The position numbers and the translations under genes are program-made. Positions 38,471 to 50,016 of a stretch of 64,000 nt of DNA are shown piece by piece. Positions within the stretch are counted from its first letter, which is position 1, and each line of letters opens with the position of its first letter. Below the pieces are notes generated by a model. It was not told where the DNA came from. It saw only the letters and a list, made by a program, of their open reading frames with translations, and made no database searches. Source of the stretch: Dicyema japonicum (lineage: Eukaryota > Animalia > Dicyemida). The stretch lies in NCBI GenBank assembly GCA_011109175.1, contig RDEW01000006.1:483668-547667 (forward strand), read 5' to 3'.

Positions 38471-38525
38471 AGCGCTGTGGGAATAGAGCCTAAAGCTAAG
38501 CAACAGCACTAACCACTACGCTACC
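38471..38525 (-). repeat. Degenerate tRNA-derived (SINE-like) head
   Basis: The minus strand reads GGTAGCGTAGTGGTTAGTGCTG...GGCTCTATTCCCACAGCGCT, with A-box and degenerate B-box; too short for a tRNA. Confidence 0.3.
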
Positions 38526-38658
38526 TGGTCAAGGACCAGATCTGACCATACAATTACGACTGTGATAAAAAACTAAAATAATTATAAATATATTGGATTA
38601 AAAATAAATTAAATTTAAATAAATAAATATTCTGAAATGAATTATGCAAGATTAACAC

Positions 38659-39970
38659 ATGAAAAATCCAACTTACTGCGAAATATACTCTTCTCATTTT
38701 AGTTCCAATTTGCCTTCTGTTACATCCTGTCAGTTATCAGCAAATAGTATCATCCCTGATATATTGCATTCTCTTCTGGTCGAAATTCCTTCATTTCAAC
38801 ATAATTTATCAAATCAGCACAATTTCACTAACGATATTTAGATTTTACAACAGTTTACAGTTTAATTCACACAGATTGGTCTTTCATTGATTCCTTGCTT
38901 CTCAGTCTTTATGCCGTTTGTTCTCTCAGACTTCACCAATTGGCCCCTTTCACATTTTCAGTTGTTGAAGGTTCCGTGGTTGCCCAGCTGAGTTTCTATT
39001 GGTTCTCTCTCTTCCTTGATTCAGTATATAGTAAATTTAAGTCTTGCAGAGTTTGATTGTAGATGAACGGACGTGGAATTTGGGATTTACTCTGTTTGAA
39101 TTTTACGCGGGAAAAAACAGCCGAATTGTTGATCGTTGTGAGAACTTTTAATTTTTCAGATTTTTTCTTCGATATGTACGTATTTAACCGTGTCTTTGAC
39201 TTTTTTCCCCAAATATATTACCGCTGCATTAGGAGTCGTTTTTACAGCTAAAATATCCGGCGCGACTTACACAGTTTTAAAGCACATTCGACCTGTACAC
39301 GTGGGTCCACCTGTTGTATAATTTAGGCGTACCTCCTGGTGTTTTGGTTTTTTCTGGTAATCCTTGCTCTTCTAACTGCATATTTAATGCACATATTGGG
39401 CATAAAAACCACATGTATTCATAGAAAGCTGTTTCACGTGCTTGGGGTGCTGGTGACTGTGAGTGGAATCATATATTGTCGCCCTCTCCTTGATTTTTGT
39501 GCAATTTGTGCCGTGATTGGCCTCACTTGTCTTGAGTTTGTTCGTCTTCGATTGGAAATGGGTCCAATTAGTCCAGTCATTGCTTCGTTTACAAACGCAC
39601 GTGACAGCGGAGTAATTGTGCTTTCTCATATTTATTTGTTGTTCGGGTTGAATATTGGCAGTTTTTTTCCTTCAAAAGACGTGCATGTGAGCGACTATGC
39701 TGGTATACTTTCCCTCGGAGTGGGGGATACTGTGCAGCCGTTTTTGGGTCTTTGATTGGACGGAGGAAACTGGTTGGGAATAAAACGTGGGAGGGTGTGA
39801 TTTGCAGTGTGCTGGTTCAGCTAGTTGTGGTATTCTGCGTAGGATATTTGAATTGGAAAGTTAGTTTAGTGGTGTTTGCCAATGCTTTGGCAGAAGGGGC
39901 TATTATGGGGGACGATATTGACAATCTAATACTCCCACTCATAACATATTGCTTACTTTGTCTGTGTTGA
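38659..39970 (+). CDS. DOLK: Dolichol kinase
   Basis: HRKLFH, RDSGVIVLSHIYLLFG, YAGILSLGVGDT(VAAVFGS), IGRRK...KTWEG and IDNLILPL. The hydrophobic 5' part has frame breaks, so the start is approximate. Confidence 0.85.
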
Positions 39971-40834
39971 ACAATTTTGTTGAAAATATGTGTTTTTTAA
40001 GTATTTTATTATTTTTTAATATAACCAGGTTCGAGAAATAATAATTAATTAAGTCTCGTGTGCTGTCCCACCCACGATCTGACTGAGTAGATTATTCCAT
40101 GCTCATCTGTTTCACTCCTTTTTGGAAATTGTAGAGGTTTTCTTGTGAGAGGAGTTAGCGCTAATTTTTGATAGGTCGGCATTGAGGACAACTGGAAAGG
40201 TTGTTCTGCCCTTTCTGAGAGATTTGGAGATTCTCGTGTGAAATAAGCGTACATAGAAAGGAATTTCCTCCGCTTTTTCTTAAAGGTGTAGACTCAAATG
40301 TAACATCTCACTCCATTTCACGTTGAAATTGTCGAATTGAAGTACTCTTCCATACTCCTTTTGAATGGTGTTGGTTCGATAAAAAGTTATATTCAACCCA
40401 CGTGGTAAAATAGAATATGCACTATCACAATTACTATTATTAATCCGGAATATACCGAGAAAGAAGTTAACAACCGATTAACTATATCCTGTTTTGACTC
40501 TCACAAACAGTCCTTTAGAAGTCACACAAGTCCATCCAAAACCTGTATAAAAGGTAGACGTCCATCCCTTGCAATTATGAGAACCCCTTCAGTGGAGGAG
40601 AACAAATGATTTTTTGCCACTCTATTGGTGAAAGGGAAGAGGAGGAACAGAAGAAACAAACATAAATTTTCAATCAAATAGTCACATGGAACCACGAGTC
40701 CCAAATCCTGCATTTGCATAATTGGCAGGGAAAGCAGGACCTAGGCGTATTATTATTAAAAACCAAATATTGGTTGAGGTGGTGACGACGCCTCTATTGC
40801 ACTATGTCTTATTTGTTTTCCTCACCGACTTCTT

Positions 40835-41218
40835 GCTCACTCTGGGATCTTTCAATTGCAGAGGACTTAAACAACCTTACAAGGAACACCAACTGGTATC
40901 CGATCTAACCAAATATGACTTCTCTGTCTGCTGTCTACAAGAGACAAAAACGACCGTACAATGTACAGAACTGTTTGAAAATTCCATTTTTATCCTCCCA
41001 TCGGCCTGCCGACATTACGGTCTCAGATTTGCAGTCCATCAGGACCTGATTCACTACGTTACAAGAGTGTGGACAGCATCTGATAATATAATGGAAATGG
41101 CGGACAACCTGAACTACCTAAGAGAACTAGTGCGCAACAGAAGATCATGGTCGAAGCTGACGGAGAGGATGATTCGGAATACGGCACAAGGGAAACTTTT
41201 TAATTATAATAATAATTA
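40835..41218 (+). mobile_element. Internally deleted RTE LINE (APE start joined to extreme 3' end, TAA tail)
   Basis: LTLGSFNCRGL...CCLQETK...HYGLRFAVH...VWTASDNI is fused in frame to DNLNYLRELVRNRRSWSKL, ending in TATAATAATAAT. Confidence 0.75.
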
Positions 41219-42132
41219 AAAACCAAAAATCACCGACAAATTAAATAACTAATAGTCGTCAGGTGATTCCGGCCGCCTCGAATAGCCATCTCATTCTTGC
41301 TCGGTGTTCCTCCCGGGTTCCAACGCATTTCCTGATTGGGCGTGGGTTTCTTACCCTAGGCGTATAACATGTCCAAGAGTTTCAAACAATCTTGATTGTC
41401 TTTTAATGATTAAGTATTTTATTGAATAATATTTTTATTAAATTTAAATTATTTTAATTTTTGGGTTTAAGTTTAGTGATGTTCGAGTTTCCTGATATTC
41501 ATAATTTCCCGCCAATGTTTACGTTGTTGTTCATAAATAAATTAAAGAATTCAGCATAATTTGGAGGTCAAAAACAAGCAAATGACTAACTGGGAGAGTA
41601 TAATTCTCTCATACTGCCGAACAAATAGAATATACATCGCCAATATTAGTGAAATAAGCCAAAGTGAATTATTCCTCAACAAAAGGATAAACAGTAGTAG
41701 CAATATAATTTCCCAGGGAAACTGAGAGACGATGACATCATTAGGGTTTTTGATCATCTCCGTGGAAACGAGAGGGCTCGCTGGCTTGACGAAAGCAAAA
41801 CGTCCGTGTACATATTTTGGCTGAAGTTAGCTGAGTGGGGACAAGTTGTCTATAACTGGGTTATCTTGATTACTGAGGGTAGGCTAATAAGAATGGGTTC
41901 TGTGGTTCTGTTTGCACGTTGGTGGAGTTGGTGCAGGGAGATGATACGGTAAATGAAGATTTTTATGGAATGCCGGTTGATATGATGAAGATGTGTCTCT
42001 TATCTATTCGGAATAGTGGAAAGGTGGAGGTGTTTGAAGTTGATGCCCATTTTGGTGTCAAATTTTTCTGATATTCTATTATTATTATTTTATTTTTTTT
42101 AACAAAAAATTTTTTTAACAATTAAACAAATG

Positions 42133-42590
42133 TCAGTTGAGGAAGCCTGCTGCGTGGATTGCGAACGAGTTCCCTCGGAGTATGGCTATTCCAATCTTTT
42201 GTCTTAGCCATAACCCTTCTTGTTGATCCCTGTTCTTTCTGGCAAGCAATCCTCCGAGTTCTTGCAAGAATTCAGCCGTCATTGGACCAACGGCTCCCGA
42301 TGATTCGGTCGCAACAGGAGTAAATCGGTAGCGATCCCCGAGCAAGAATATTTCTTGATTTTTAGGTTTTCCGCGGTCGAAGCAGCTGCTCCAGGTGTCT
42401 GAACAGATTTAAAAATGTTCGTGCTTGAGAACGTGTCTATGCAAGTTGCGTCCCAGACCAAAGATCTTCCAGACGTGAAGGGGAAAAGGGTCATCCCGTC
42501 AGGTCTCTTCCATCTCCTCGATCAAGACCCACTGGTTCAAGCTGTGCTGGGAAGCCTGAAGCCTTCAGAGCTCTGACGATCACTCTATTA
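42133..42590 (-). mobile_element. CRE-clade non-LTR element, 3' fragment (RLE domain)
   Basis: [52 protein letters not shown]...AAASTAENLKIKKY...FTPVATESSG...LRQKIGIAILRGN. Confidence 0.85.
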
Positions 42591-42899
42591 TTTATAATAT
42601 ATTTTACCTTAAGTTATGGACCCCAGTTTGCTGACATGTGGGAAACTGAGGACCACCAAAAAGAGCCCACTAAGACAGGACGTTTACAAGATTCGCTGTT
42701 ATTACTCAGAATTCTGTGAAGGGATCCTGAATTACTTTTCCCGCCAGAGATGGATGATGTGTTGCGTCACAGGTGTGCTAGTTTGACTCTGATGGCCCTC
42801 GGGAGCAGCATTTCTGAGACACTCCAGTACAACTGAGACGCCTCTACGCTCCCCTCATACTGAGGATGCGATTTTGTGGAGAGTATCTGGGTCCTCTGC

Positions 42900-44360
42900 T
42901 TAATTTTTTGATTTCCTTGGGTCTTCTTGGGGCGTACATAAAGAAAGCTCTCCCCCTGTTCCATTTGATGCTCCTACACGTACAAATCAGATCCTTATAA
43001 AGCACTAATGTTCGAGTTACGCGTAGGCGACCACGGCATTTCTTACCGTCCGACATGAAGTTGTCCTCCATAGCTCTGTTGTCAGGGGTTGCTCTTTCAA
43101 GTCGAAGAGAATATTTCTAGCGTATTCATCTCTTGGTTTGATATTCCCCACGTAGAGTAATTATATGTAAGCACGAGTTATACAATCGATTCCGGAATCC
43201 CATCAATACTGGGCACTTTTATATAGTCTCTTCCCACTGTGTTAAGTGCTAACGTTGCCAATACTTTTTGTCGTGATGTCTTCACTGTCACCCAACAGAG
43301 AGCCAAGTTTTTCTGTGTCGATAAAATTCATTAATGTCAAACCTGCGTACGGGAGATCATCGAGCAAGTGTCTAAGGCTGTTTCGTCGTTGTGATTCTAC
43401 AAAGCAATGCGATAGCGAGTCTTCCTGAGGTATTTACATATTCGCTTAGATTTCTTCAGGTCTCATTCTCTACCAGAACTTTGGGCAAGTGCCAGCTAAT
43501 AGTATACTATCACGTGCATTGAATCTTGGTCAAGAAAAGTAGTCAGAATTTCAAAAGCAAGTGCCATATCTACAGCAAATATTGTTGTGGCGAGCCATCT
43601 GTGGACCAGACTTCGACTGATGTTGATCCTCAGTGGCACGGAAACAGGTATTGATTCATATCTCCTTGCATTCTTTCAATTCAATCGGTATTAGAGTTTC
43701 CGTAGAATGGAGAGTAAGATGACTAAGTGTAATTTTCTAACAGCCCGAACTCTTGTTAGGTTTTTAATAGGAATTAAGAACCCTTTTCTTCCGTAATTGA
43801 GAATTCGTGGTGAACATGTCATTTAACATGTTGACTGTTTCAAATTTCAGCAGTTCTGAACGGATGCTGCCGGGTCCCACAGCACTGCTGTTTTTCAACC
43901 TTGCTGTGCTGTCTTAACTTGTATGAAGTGACTCCTAGGAAAACTGTTCGACGGGATCGTTCTCAATATGTAATTAACTCTTACAATGGTCAGCAATGAT
44001 TTCTGTTATCTGTAAAGGGTCTGTTATCAATTCGGGACTTCTTCCCTTTTAGATTATTTGATGTTTTGTTGGTTTCGGTGGTTGACGTGGCCGGGTTTTA
44101 AGATGATTCTTTCAGCGTGATGGATTCCTTCCATAACGTTTGTCCAGGAAGGCGATGGTGGGAGTTTCAACATAATGTTTCCAAAGTGCTCCTCGAGGAG
44201 CGTTGATAGTCCTTCAGGATTTTTGGAGAGAAGCATAGCTTAAGAATTTAGTAATGCCATTCGAGGAGGTATCTCTGCATTTTGCTGCATGAAACATTTA
44301 TTGGGATCAATCCTAGCCGAAATAATCTCGTGGCCGCATTCTGTGGTAGCTCCCCCATTT
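42900..44360 (-). mobile_element. Heavily degenerate RTE LINE
   Basis: Fragments LKNSSAVGPGSIRSELLKF, LIPIKKPNK, HEIISARI and MEDNFMSDGKKCRGR...LVLYKDL, collinear with the RTE at 59574..62600. Confidence 0.7.
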
Positions 44361-44599
44361 GACAGAGAGTAACGAAGTAATAGATTTTTTTGTGACGGGA
44401 GATGATATAATTAATCTGATTGAATATTCCAGTAGCACCAGTAGAATATTAATGTCTGTAGCCTGTCCAAGTAGTTTCCTGCTGCTCACATTGCAGTGTT
44501 ACACAGGAGCATCTTCCAAAAATTGATAAAATGAATCGAATTATATCTTCGAAATTCAGGTTAGACTTGTCTATGTTCTTAAATTATTAACTTTGATTA

Positions 44600-45830
44600 A
44601 TATTAACATTTAGCCCGACATTGCTTCCGCAGACTACTGTGTGCACTTTTTGCAATAGTTTGTATGGGAAATATCCACTTGCAAAATTTTTATTGTTTCT
44701 TAACTATTTTGAAGAGGATTGAACAGATTTGAAGACTGCCAAATGATTATCAAAGCAAATATGAAAAATTATTATTGGCGTTTATGTCATAGGACGTGGC
44801 AAAGCACGTGCAACACGGAAAATCAAACTTGCAGCTTCTATCATTTCTGGATTTTCTTTGCGACGTAATAATAACACCACGTGGAAAAGTTAGTTAGATT
44901 TAAATAAAAGATTCAAAAGATTCCATGTTCAGCCAGTTGTTGTCGAGAGGAGTGGAATCTTCTGGTTCAAGGCGGTCTCTTTTCTAAGTTCGCTCTGGTC
45001 ATTAATTTCGAAAGTTAGCAATAAGCGTCGCAGAACCGAATGGTTGTTCCAAAGGATTTCTCTGGCAGTTGTCAGGGGAAACAGCAGCTCGATTATTTTG
45101 ATTGCCTTGTTTCGTAATAAATTGATTTCCTTTGAAGTTTAAATCAATAAATTTTTCCTCATAAAACAGATTTAAGTTCGAAATAAATCTCGAACAAGCA
45201 ACGTTCGCTAAGGTCCCCCTAAGGGACTGAGATTCAATTTTAGATTTGTGAAGAAACTGTAGAATGAGTGTTCTGGGGATCCAGAGGTTTTAAAAAGACA
45301 AACTTTACACCAGTGGTTCTGAACGAGGGGCGATGGTCCTCGAAGGTCTCTAAAATGTAGGTTTCAAACGTGGCAGTTCTGCGGAATATTTCGTAGGAAA
45401 TTCCGACTTTGTCATACTTCCTGTCGAAATACCAAGCAGTTCTGGTCATCAGGTCCTCGAGTTCCTCGTTCAGTTTTAAGGCGATTTAGTTCACGATTTG
45501 GTTAACCTTGGATAACAAATTGTTGAACCCCTTTGTTTCTTTTTTAAAGGAGGGGAATTATTAGTTTAGGATGCGACATGATTAGACTCTCTTCCACCAA
45601 CATCATCGAGTATGTGGTAAAGGCACTTTCGCAGCAGAGAAAACAGAGAGAGCTAAAGAAGTACAAAGGACTCCTCTAATGATATCTTTTCCGCACGATT
45701 GCTGTCTAGACACCGGAGCGATAAGCAGCAAGACCCTGATTTTCCTAAAGAAAGTCGGACGTATGGCCTCGTTCAGAAGCTACACTGATTGTGAAACGCA
45801 ATAGCTCATCTATTTGGTATCCATAGCGGG
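44600..45830 (-). CDS. Candidate unidentified multi-exon gene
   Basis: Stop-free segments on the minus strand (e.g. 45240..45449 and an ~80-aa segment NLFYEEKFIDLNF...LLLTFEIND); no family recognised. Confidence 0.3.
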
Positions 45831-46107
45831 ACAGGGGGAAAACTCCACGTCAATAAAATCGGCGAGAATAAAATAATTACTAGGGCAATTTTTACAGCAG
45901 TTAAAATCTAAAATATATCATATAGCATTAAAAATATAGCACTAAAAATCTTTAAGCTACATCACTGGTAGGTACCATTTGGTCCATTCTTAGTACATTT
46001 CTAAACAATCCCCACATCTCAGTCATATTGTATCTTAGAAGGACTGGGATTTGCACAACAAATTCTACCTAAATACAAACAATTGTTATTAATAAAGCAA
46101 ATTTATA

Positions 46108-46230
46108 GGAGGAAACTAGCAAGCCGAAAAAAAGACCCGCGAATAGTTCTGGCTAAGACAACGAATCGGGATTGCCGTATTACGTGGAAACGTATAGGCA
46201 ATCCTATCTTCAAAAGATTAATTATTTAAA
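46108..46230 (+). mobile_element. Short CRE 3' terminus, near-identical to 29944..30060
   Basis: Direct nucleotide match GGAAACTAGCAAGCCGAAAAAAA...ACGAATCGGGATTGCCGTATTACGTGGAAACGTATA...CAATCCTATCT. Confidence 0.75.
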
Positions 46231-46299
46231 TTGTGAATAAATTAGTTATTATTAAAAAAACAATTTTTTTTAAAAACGTAAAAACAATATTATTCTGGG

Positions 46300-48833
46300 A
46301 CTTTGAAGTAATTGACTAATTTGGTGAATATTGGAGGCGTTTCAGTCAATCCAAATCTATTAAAGAAAGCATTGAATATCGCCGGAAGGAAGCAGTTAGT
46401 GACAAATTCAATATTTCTATTAACACTCTAACTAACTCAGCAGAACTAATACCTGATTTTCTGAACTACTTCGACGATGTCTGTGTAGCATTTGCAGCTG
46501 AGTCATCAAAACATCGGCCATAATCTGTAGAACTGTCGATTGGCAGTTCTCCACAGGAAGAGATAAGACAGCACGCAGAAACCGACTATTCCTCTGAATC
46601 AGAGACCACTGCCACTGAGTCACTGACAACGAACTCCCTGCAATTACAAAAATTCATGCCTTCAATAAACGACCTTATATTGGGCATTTCCTTAATATAT
46701 TTGTCAGTAAACTTTACACACGTGGCAGCATTCGAGAAGGTGATAAACTTACCAGAATCCTGAAATGAGTTAAAAAGAGTACATGATTGATAGATTCAGT
46801 CGACTGAATGTGAAGTCTCGAACATTTAACCAGATACTGGACCATCGGTTCTATAATGTTTTCCACATAATCGGCTGTTATATCATATCCAAACCGGGAG
46901 AACTATGGTAAACTAAACGAATAACAGCGGTAGAGTTTTCCTTCATTTTGTTCAAACAGGTAATCACAGTGAAGATGTCTTTTGAGTCGTCGAAGATGTG
47001 CCAAAAAAGAATATTGGCCAGGGAGATGAACTCTTTACTCATCCAAACCACTCCGCCTGAAGTAGAATGCTAAATTAAACTTGGAAAGGCTCTCGAGTCT
47101 TTAGAGAACACTTTTCTGAACTCAATGTAGCTAGAGATTATGAAAAAGTAGCAGTTCTCTATCAATGCTGTAATGAAGCTAATAAAGTCGTTTTTCAATC
47201 TGACTGAGCGAACCACAGACTTTAATTCCCTTGACTTGGCAGTAAAGAATATCCTCAATGCCTGACTATTGAGACAAACCAACCAAATAAGTGACTTTCA
47301 GGTCAATCATACACCCTATGAGACCGCACAAGTCGGAAATGGCAACTCTCACTGGTCTGTCCAGAATGCATTGCAATTCGTAGGACACTTGTTCGACCAG
47401 CTCAGTCTTCATTCTAGAGTGAAGGGAAAACCAAACTTGGAGTACTTTTGTGACTCCTCTGACTTTAGGGACTTTGACAGGGATTCGTCTACATGCTATA
47501 AGAAAGCATACTCGAGTCAATCAGTGTGGTAGCCAAAACATAGTCATGACAGAGCAAAGCAATCTCAAACCTACTACAAAATTCAGCAAATTCTCCATTT
47601 TCTGAAATAATATATTTAAACTACCACCTGAACTACAGTTCTTGCACGTGGCTTCTGGGTTTAGCAAACTTTCCCATCGTTTCTGTCAAATTAGATGAAA
47701 GCATGCCTTCTTGGAAGCCGAATCTGCCAGAAAACAAAAGAAACGGTCGTCAATTCTAAGTTTGAAAAAGTTTCCATCTTCCATCCCAATCCATTCAACT
47801 AGCCCACGTGGACTCATATTTTTGAAAAAGAACTTGTCCACACTGACTCACTAACACATCATTACTTTCTCTCAGCAAGAATGAGATATTCTGAAAGTAA
47901 ATACAATCTGACTGTCCTAAGTCTATCTCGGGAGGCTGAATTGACCTCTTCCAAGTCATCGTAGTAATCCACCGCTAAATCAATGTCCATTTCCTGGGAT
48001 CAAAATATGAAGGTGACAGGTAAATCCTCCACTGATGACAGGAGGGATTCCAAGTCCGTCTTTTGTATGAATTTCCCAATCTGTAGCTGTGTCCTCTTTA
48101 TATTGTCAAACAGAGCTCTCTGAATTGTTAAAATACAGGCACAGTCTGGTCGTCCGTGTCTGCTGTGAAACAGTACGAAGAATCCGAGGATTTAGAGTAG
48201 AATTCGATGACAAGCTGTTCGGAGTCATCGTGTAAACAACATCGTGTGATAATGTCCGACAGATTATAGAACTTGCTATAGATTACGTCAGAGTCGTTCC
48301 TGAAAATAGTAAAACCTCAAAGTACACTGAGCATAGAATTATCAAGTCTTCAGTCAAGATGGCGTACATCAATTCAGCATTATTTCTGAGAGTTACCTGA
48401 AATACGACGGTCCTCCCCCTCAGCTCGTTGTACCCCTAAACTTTACTTTCTAAATGTACGAGAGGAAGATTTTGAACATAGTCAATCAGATAGAGAGCAT
48501 TGTCCCCGTTTTTGACATTTTTTACTGCACTTATTGTGTCGTTCTTTAATCCGATGATGCTCATTATGCTCTTTATGGAGTTATTCTGTTCGTCAAAGAC
48601 AGCGTTGAGTTGAGAGAGTTTGCTTTCCAGGGCTGTTTATGAGAAAAAATGAAACCATGGATTTCTTTGTAGGAATTTACGATGAGATTGAAGTTTAGAA
48701 ACACGCAGCTTTCGATTTCCTTGGCATACTGTTCATTCAGTTCGGAGATTCTTTTTCGATATTGCACAATTTCTGCTTCAGTACATTGTTTAAGAAGGTT
48801 TACTTGAATTTATTTACATTTTTATACTTTCAT
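46300..48833 (-). CDS. Large multi-exon gene, PH-like plus helical domains; possibly exocyst subunit Exo84/EXOC8-like
   Basis: Many microintron-like junctions. PH-like segment (YAILTEDLIILC...IYSKFYNLSDI...YCFTAD) followed by EMDIDLAVDYYDDLEE...KKACFHL, loosely like EXOC8 architecture. Identity weak. Confidence 0.35.
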
Positions 48834-49430
48834 TTAATTTTTCATTCATTATGGCTTATAAACGCCTTTAAACCACAATTAAATTAAATAATCTCAGTTT
48901 GAAATTCTTAGTTTTATTTAAATAAAATAAATTTAAATATAATTTATTAAATTTTTAAAAACTATATTTGTCAATTCAGACGTTTCTATTCCATTTTTTC
49001 TAAAAGAATATCTTCCCCAAATTTCAAAAAATCCTCTTCTACCATGGGGTCTAAGAAATTTGATCTTAAAACAAAATAATTATAATTCTCAACATTGTTC
49101 ATTATTATTGGGTTCGTTTCTTTATTTCAGCATTTGGCATTATTAAAGCTTTAGACTTTAAGATTGCATCGGTGATTATGGCCCTCGGTTTCTAATTTAT
49201 CAACTCAAGACTTTAATTTTTTAATAATTTTATGTTTTATAATAGGCACACACCATTTGTCTACACATGTTTGTCTACACAAATGGTTGTTCTAAAAGTA
49301 AAATTTGCTTCATTCAATAAACTATTTTTCTTTTCTAATGATTCAATTTTTTTTTCAAGTGAAAGTTTTATACATATTTGAGGGGCTAGAACAACTAAAT
49401 CATAGGTAACCAAGAAGTGAAATTAGTTAA

Positions 49431-49680
49431 TCAAGTAATCTCGGCCTCACTAACTTGTAGGAGGCCAGCAGCTATTAAATAGGACTCAGTAAATGTCGGT
49501 CGATCCCATAGATCGGTCAGTCCTGGCATTGTATACGAACGTTGTGGTAATTTATGACATTCAAATTGGTGATTTGCTGTCAACACGTAGAGGTTGCAAA
49601 AGGGACAGAGGACACTAAACGTAGGTAGAGAGGGGTGGTCCCACATTGTAGACGAGCGAGGTTCACCCAGACGTCCCTCG
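49431..49680 (-). mobile_element. LINE 3' fragment with C-terminal zinc-knuckle remnant (I/Jockey/Ingi-like)
   Basis: LARLQCG...CPFCN...TANHQFEC...DLWDRP pattern. Confidence 0.4.
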
Positions 49681-50016
49681 GAAAAGAGATTCTGATTGGT
49701 CTATTGGAGGAGGGGCCAGCAGCTATTTCCTGTGATCAGAAAAAAACTATATAATAAATTTATATTATAACGTTTTAAATTAAAATTTAAATGAATTATT
49801 TTTTTAAAAGTTGATGGTTAGGAAAACTGGTGGTTAGGAGGAGATGTCATATATAAATTTGTTAACTTTTCATTTTTTGGTTGTTTAGTATAAAAAAATT
49901 ACGAAAAATTCCGTTGCCATAACATACTTTTTGCAAATAAAATCAAAAAACTGTCATCATAACTAAGGGCCGTCTTGTAGAGAATATTGAAGATAGAAAC
50001 CAATTAGAAGTGAGAA

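Noticed and set aside
6531-39735. Recurrent one-base frame breaks in conserved genes (near 6535, 10891, 12236, 12550, 19388, 39732), which could suggest programmed frameshifting or insertional RNA editing
   Set aside because: All sit in homopolymer runs of different bases (G/C and A/T, on either strand) and are mostly one base short. This is the typical long-read under-calling signature, with no shared slippery-site context. Short-read polishing versus cDNA would settle it.
48840-49420. Very AT-rich spacers with quasi-palindromic TAAATTTA/AATTAAATT runs (also near 2050-2150, 21670-21740, 38580-38640, 55480-55545)
   Set aside because: Low-complexity AT sequence yields such symmetry by chance. 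They simply mark promoter/terminator gaps, with no conserved specific motif that I could define.
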